From the NCBI GenBank assembly GCA_963746845.1, contig CAVVCZ010000005.1:96001-160000 (forward strand): a DNA stretch of 64,000 nt, given 5' to 3'. The position numbers and the translations under genes are program-made. Positions 59,347 to 64,000 of the stretch are shown here, piece after piece (the stretch's first letter is position 1; each line of letters begins with the position of its first letter). This DNA comes from an uncultured Chloroflexia bacterium (lineage in GTDB: Bacteria; Chloroflexota; Limnocylindria; Limnocylindrales; CSP1-4). Under the pieces are notes generated by a model. It was not told the origin of the DNA. It was given only the letters and a program-made list of their open reading frames with translations, and searched no databases.

Positions 59347-60969
59347 ATGACCGAGGCGGTCCAGGCCGACGTGGCCGAGCCGACGGCAGAGGCGCCGGTC
59401 GAGGGGGCCGAGGGCAATCCGCGCCTCGCGATCCTGCTGGCCATGGCGATGTTCGTGCTCGTCGTTGACACGTCGATCATGAATGTCTCGATCTCGGCCG
59501 TCGTCCACGACCTCAACACCACCGTGAGCGGCGTCCAGTCGGCCATCGCCCTCGAAGCCCTCGTCTCGGCCGCGTTCATCCTGATCGGCAGCAAGATCGG
59601 CGACCTGATCGGACGGAAGAAGGCCTACGTGCTGGGCCTGCTCGGGTATGCCATCGGCGCGATCGCCATGACGCTGACCCAGAGCCTGGTCCCGATCATC
59701 ATCTTCTGGGCGATCATCGGTGGCCTGGGTGCCTCGCTCCTGCTGCCCTCGATGCAGTCCCTGATCCACGGCAACTTCGTGGGCGCCTACCAGCGCAAGG
59801 TGTATGCCCTCGTGGGTGCCGCCGCCGCGATCGCCGCCGCGATCGGGCCGCTCCTCGGCGGCTTCATCACGACGTTCCTGTCGTGGCGCCTCGCGTTCGC
59901 CCTCGAGGCGGTCGTCATCGGCGTCGTGTTGTCGGGCATCGGCTTGGTCAAGGAGGTTCCCTATACCGGGTCCCGGGCCGTCGACGCGATCGGCGGCGTC
60001 CTGTCGATCGTCGGCATGGGCGGCATCGTCCTCGGGATCCTCGCGTGGCAGGAAGGCGGCGAACGGGTCGTCGAGCTCATCGTGATCGGAGCGATCGCCC
60101 TGGCGGCCTTCGCCTGGTGGCTCGTCCGGCGCAAGCGCCAGGGCAAGGCGGCGCTCATCGATCCGGACCTGTTCATCTCGAAGGTGTTCCGCTTCGGGAT
60201 CTCGGGTCAGCTGTTGCAGCAGGTCGCGCTCGGCGGGACGATGATCGTCCTGCCGATCTACCTGCAGATGGTGTTCGAGTACACGGCCCTCCAGGCGGGC
60301 CTCTCGATCGCGCCCCTGTCGCTCAGCATGTTCGCCGTGGCGCTGCTCGCCGGGAAACGCGCCGGCGAGCGCCGGCCCAGCACGATCATCCGGGCGGGGT
60401 TCGTTCTGCTCACGATCGGGCTCATCCTCCTCGTCCCGATCGTGCCCCGCGCCGACTCCGGGGTCTACCTCCTGATCCCGCTGCTCATCTCGGGTTCCGG
60501 GCTCGGCCTGCTCGTCTCGCAGCTCAACAACTACACCCTGGCGCCGATCTCCGAGGAGCGGGTCAGCGAGGCCGCGGGCGTCAACTCCGCCGCGGGATCG
60601 TTCGGTCTGTCGTTCGGCCTGGCGGTCGCGGGCGCGGTGATGCTGGCGACCCTGTCGGTCGCCTTCGTCCGGTTCTCCGACGCCAGCGTGGTGCTGTCAG
60701 CCGAGCAGCAGCAGCAGGTCGCGACGGTGCTCGAGGACGACGCCCAGATCATGAGCAACACCCAGCTCGCCGCGCTCCTCGTGGATCAACCGCCCGCGAC
60801 CCAGGCCGAGATCCTGCGGATCAACGAGGAGGCCCGGCACATCGCGCTCCAGGTCGCCCTCCTGATCCCGATCCTGGCCGGTCTCCTCGGAATCGCGAAC
60901 TCGTTCCGCATGGTGCGGATCCCCGAGCCCAAGCCGTCCGGTGCGGCGGAGGGGATGGTCCTCGGCTAG
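59347..60969 (+). CDS. DHA2-type MFS transporter
   Basis: DTSIMNVSI, KIGDLIGRK and GPLLGG motifs; about 14 TM; GGAGGAG RBS. Confidence 0.88.
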   Translation: MTEAVQADVAEPTAEAPVEGAEGNPRLAILLAMAMFVLVVDTSIMNVSISAVVHDLNTTVSGVQSAIALEALVSAAFILIGSKIGDLIGRKKAYVLGLLGYAIGAIAMTLTQSLVPIIIFWAIIGGLGASLLLPSMQSLIHGNFVGAYQRKVYALVGAAAAIAAAIGPLLGGFITTFLSWRLAFALEAVVIGVVLSGIGLVKEVPYTGSRAVDAIGGVLSIVGMGGIVLGILAWQEGGERVVELIVIGAIALAAFAWWLVRRKRQGKAALIDPDLFISKVFRFGISGQLLQQVALGGTMIVLPIYLQMVFEYTALQAGLSIAPLSLSMFAVALLAGKRAGERRPSTIIRAGFVLLTIGLILLVPIVPRADSGVYLLIPLLISGSGLGLLVSQLNNYTLAPISEERVSEAAGVNSAAGSFGLSFGLAVAGAVMLATLSVAFVRFSDASVVLSAEQQQQVATVLEDDAQIMSNTQLAALLVDQPPATQAEILRINEEARHIALQVALLIPILAGLLGIANSFRMVRIPEPKPSGAAEGMVLG

Positions 60970-61703
60970 ACCTCGCCGGGTCCGGATGCGTCGACCGTCG
61001 CCGGTCCGGCGCTCGCCTCGGGCGGTCCGGGCTCGATCTCGAGGCCCGCCGTCGTCGGCCCGCGGACGATCGACCGGCCGATGTTGCCGACGAGCAGGGC
61101 CACGGCGGAGACCAGGTACAGCTGGCCGGCCAGCGCCTCGGACACCGCGATCATCCGGCCGGCGCTCGTGAACGCCGTGAAGTCGCCGTAGCCGACCGTC
61201 GTCAGGGTGACGTAGCTGAAGTAGATGAAGTCGATGGCCGCCGGCGTCGAGGTCTGGACGAAGAACGGCTGGCCGGTGACGGCTCCGATCAACGGATACA
61301 GGTACGCGTAGGTGAGCCCGACCAGGAGGTAGATCGCCAGCGCACCCAGCACGAGCCGGACCGTGATCGTCGGGGATGCCAGGATCCGGCGGAGGATGAT
61401 GACGGGCGCCGCGAATGCCAGCAGCAGCCCGATCAGGCCGGTGGCGATGGTGTTCACCTTCTCGCCGATGAACAGGCCGCTGGCCGCGCCGACGACCGCA
61501 AGCACGACGATGGCCAGGGCGGTGCGGAAGGTCCGCCGTCGGGCGCCCGACGTGTGGAGGACGAAGAGGAGGGTGAACCCGCTCAGACACACGGCCAGGA
61601 ACTGGCCGAGCGGGCCGATGCCCAGCGAGATCGTGACGATCGTCGCGAGGATGAGGAGCAGGACCACCCCGAAGTCGTCCCGATCCTCGAGGCGGTCCTT
61701 CAC
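60966..61703 (-). CDS. Potassium channel family protein (Ion_trans_2)
   Basis: YFSYVTLTTVGYGD selectivity filter; extra N-terminal TMs; start uncertain (61703 or 61766). Confidence 0.85.
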   Translation of the reverse strand: MKDRLEDRDDFGVVLLLILATIVTISLGIGPLGQFLAVCLSGFTLLFVLHTSGARRRTFRTALAIVVLAVVGAASGLFIGEKVNTIATGLIGLLLAFAAPVIILRRILASPTITVRLVLGALAIYLLVGLTYAYLYPLIGAVTGQPFFVQTSTPAAIDFIYFSYVTLTTVGYGDFTAFTSAGRMIAVSEALAGQLYLVSAVALLVGNIGRSIVRGPTTAGLEIEPGPPEASAGPATVDASGPGEV

Positions 61704-61753
61704 GCCACTGCGTCGTGAGGTCGGCGCGACGGGAGCGCCCCCGGACGGGCCGC

Positions 61754-61819
61754 TCAGTCCAGCCACTCGCGGGCCTGGTTGTCCGGGTCGTCGATCGTCG
61801 ACGAGATGAAGAGCACCAT
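61754..61819 (-). CDS. Possible 21-aa leaderless micropeptide
   Basis: TACGAT 7 nt before the ATG; MVLFISSTIDDPDNQAREWLD*. Confidence 0.3.
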   Translation of the reverse strand: MVLFISSTIDDPDNQAREWLD

Positions 61820-61868
61820 CCCGACGATCGTACGGCGAGCGAGAGCGCGCCGTCGGTCCCGGGCGGGA

Positions 61869-62591
61869 TCAGCCGCGGAACGGGGCCGGATCGATCGACT
61901 GGTATGCGTACGTGAAGAAGCACTGGAGATCGTGGTTCTCGTGCTTCGACCACGTCGGGGTCATCACGCCCATCGGGTCAGCCGTGTCGAAGGTGATCGT
62001 CACGTCGTCGGCCCGCGGCCAGTTCGGGTCGCAGATCCGGAGGACGACCGTCGAGCCGTTCGTGTCGTAGCCGTAGGCCAGCACCTGGTGGTTGTTCGAG
62101 AGGGCCTGCGGATCGGCGCTGACGATCCGGACGAGGCCGATCATCGCGAGCTTGCCGGCGTCGATGGACCGCTGGATGGCCGGCCACTCCTCGTGGACCA
62201 TGACGTACGTCCGGCTGTGGCGATCGATCCCGAACCGCCCGAGTGCCGCGGCGAGCGCCGACTCCTTGCTCGACCGGGTCGGGCTCATCAGCTGGTAGAA
62301 CCGCCACGGGAGCCGGCCGTCGTCGAAGCTCGTGATCTGGCGGTTGACGATGTAGCGATAGCGGGCCTCCCCGGCGAGCGGCTGCGCTGCATCGCCGGGG
62401 GTGAGCCCGGCCGCATGCAGATCCGCGGTCGTGAACGACATGCCGCCGCACAGCCCGTTGGCGGCGTCGCCGATGTTCAGGGTCGCGACGTTGCCCAGCT
62501 TGAACTGCTCGATCGGGTTGGACGGCCAGGCGTTGGGGTACGGGAACCCATTGACCTTCGGGTCGAAGTTCGGGACGCGGACGCTGGCCAC
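61869..62591 (-). CDS. Hypothetical protein with a putative papain-like Cys-His-Asp triad
   Basis: GLCGGM, NHQVLAYGY and ICDPN motifs; AGGAG RBS. Confidence 0.7.
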   Translation of the reverse strand: MASVRVPNFDPKVNGFPYPNAWPSNPIEQFKLGNVATLNIGDAANGLCGGMSFTTADLHAAGLTPGDAAQPLAGEARYRYIVNRQITSFDDGRLPWRFYQLMSPTRSSKESALAAALGRFGIDRHSRTYVMVHEEWPAIQRSIDAGKLAMIGLVRIVSADPQALSNNHQVLAYGYDTNGSTVVLRICDPNWPRADDVTITFDTADPMGVMTPTWSKHENHDLQCFFTYAYQSIDPAPFRG

Positions 62592-62700
62592 GGCGATGTC
62601 TCCTGCGGATCGGGCCGTGAGCCTAGGTGAGCGCCGTCACGGGATCGTCGCCGTCGCGCCGATCCGACCATCCCCCGGGTTCTCCCGCCGGGGCACGACA

Positions 62701-62732
62701 CGGCGCGGCCCGACACGAGTCGGGCCGCGCCG
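62701..62732 (-). terminator. GC hairpin downstream of the phosphoesterase gene
   Basis: CGGCGCGGCCCGAC / GTCGGGCCGCGCCG inverted repeat. Confidence 0.5.
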
Positions 62733-62759
62733 TCGAGGCGCGAGGTCGGGATCGGGCCG

Positions 62760-64000
62760 TCAGTGGCCCTTCCTCCCGACGTCCACGACATTGCCGAGGT
62801 CGGTGACGAATCGGTCGCGGGGCACCACGTCGCCGCGGGCGGCGACGGGCTTCAGATGGAACTGGTGCTCGATCGTGGCCATGATCGAGGTCGTGTCGTA
62901 GACCGTGTGGTCGACGCCCGACGACGAGAAGCCCTTCGAGATGAACAGGGCCGGAACCCGGGTGCCGGGTCCGAACAGGTCGTGGGCGCCTGCGGTTCCG
63001 AGGCCGGGCGGCGGGACGTGATCCCACTGGCCGCCGAACTCGTCGTAGGTCACCACGATCAGGGTGCTGCTGGCGTCCGGCCCGGTCTCGATGGCCTGGA
63101 TCAGGTCCACGAGGTGGTCGCTGCCGTTCGGCTCGCTCGAGTAGCCCGGATGCTCGTTCTCGTTGCCGAGCGGCTTGACGAAGCTGACCTGGGGCAGGTG
63201 GCCATGCCTGGCCGCGTCGAGGAACGCGACCTCGTCCTTCAGGTGGACGGCCCGGTCGACCGTGCCCGGCGCGTAGCGCAGGAAGTAGTTGAACGGCTGG
63301 TGGTGGAACTGGAAGGACGAGTCGGGGCAGAACGGCCAGACCTTGCCGTCCGCCGTCGACACGTTCGGGTCCGTGCAGGTCGGGCCGTAGCCGTTGGTCC
63401 AGCCGGGGCTGCCGATGTTGCCGGCCGCGTTGTCCCAGCCACCGGCGTACCACGCCCAGCTGACGCCGGCGTCACTCATCCGGTCGCCGATGTTCAGGTC
63501 GATCGTGCGGTCGTCGGTCGGCGGCTGGGCGGCCCCGAAGCTGCCCTGCGGCTCCCACGTCGGCTGGAGGGTGTTGACCGCCCAGTCCCCGCAGGCCAGT
63601 CCGGCCCGGGTCGTCGGCTGGCCGCACGCCTGGGTCACGGCTCCGTCGACGATCGTGCCGGACGGCTTGAGCAGCGGGTAGGCGTGCGGGATCCCGGACG
63701 GGTCGAGGACCGCGATCTGGCCCGCCGGCGGGTTCGGCCATTCGAGCGGCTGCGCCGCGATCAGGTACTGGTGGTTCAGGTACGAGCCACCGAAGGCGCC
63801 CTGGAAGAAGTGGTCGGCGATGACGTACTTCGGGGCGCCCTTGGCATGGAGGTACTCGTAGATCGGCAGCTGGGTCGTGTCGTAGTAGCCCATCGACATG
63901 CCGACAGAGTCGCTGCCGGTGACGTAGCGGTCCTGCCTGCCCTGATCGAGCTGGACCTGCTCCTGGTAGAACTTGTGGACGAGGTCGCGGGTGCAGCCGC
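62760..64000 (-). CDS. Phosphoesterase family protein (AcpA acid phosphatase / phospholipase C), 5' end outside the window
   Basis: DLVHKFYQEQ, FGGSYLNH, HHQPFNYF, EHPGY, TYDEFGG.WDHV.PP and GPGTRVP motifs. Confidence 0.9.
   Translation of the reverse strand, partial: GCTRDLVHKFYQEQVQLDQGRQDRYVTGSDSVGMSMGYYDTTQLPIYEYLHAKGAPKYVIADHFFQGAFGGSYLNHQYLIAAQPLEWPNPPAGQIAVLDPSGIPHAYPLLKPSGTIVDGAVTQACGQPTTRAGLACGDWAVNTLQPTWEPQGSFGAAQPPTDDRTIDLNIGDRMSDAGVSWAWYAGGWDNAAGNIGSPGWTNGYGPTCTDPNVSTADGKVWPFCPDSSFQFHHQPFNYFLRYAPGTVDRAVHLKDEVAFLDAARHGHLPQVSFVKPLGNENEHPGYSSEPNGSDHLVDLIQAIETGPDASSTLIVVTYDEFGGQWDHVPPPGLGTAGAHDLFGPGTRVPALFISKGFSSSGVDHTVYDTTSIMATIEHQFHLKPVAARGDVVPRDRFVTDLGNVVDVGRKGH

Noticed and set aside
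57588-64000. tRNA-Gly as the integration site of a genomic island
   Set aside because: No integrase, no duplicated tRNA 3' end and no mobile genes seen within the window

Overview
Very GC-rich bacterial chromosome segment. Gene content and pervasive leaderless promoters suggest Chloroflexota, possibly Limnocylindria-like (inference only). It holds about 65 CDS and one tRNA-Gly(CCC). No integrase, transposase, rRNA or CRISPR array was seen. Main blocks: (1) MarR plus a DHA2 efflux pump; (2) an ACT protein paired with an archaeal-type AF1403/DUF5612-like ACT protein; (3) polyamine-related genes (PotABCD-type ABC transporter, PuuC-like aldehyde dehydrogenase, PuuB-like oxidase, Rieske oxygenase); (4) a CtaA-CtaB heme A/O synthase fusion; (5) a split pyrimidine cluster (pyrR-pyrB-pyrC ... 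pyrK-pyrD-pyrE) with tandem PyrR-binding loops; (6) an ECF sigma/ZAS anti-sigma pair; (7) a GalT-like protein with an altered active site; (8) a DsrE-TusA-DsrE2-TusA-SQR sulfur-trafficking operon; (9) xfp-ackA; (10) a class III cyclase, an MFS transporter, a K+ channel and a phosphoesterase. The best candidate for an undescribed system lies in the opposite orientation inside the pyr cluster. It is a GAF kinase/NarL-type regulator pair followed by a ferredoxin-GltD-like flavoprotein translationally coupled to two paralogous membrane proteins I cannot assign to a family (33733-36943). Several single-base frameshifts (about 5346, 7143, 16900-17700, 49772) look like assembly errors.
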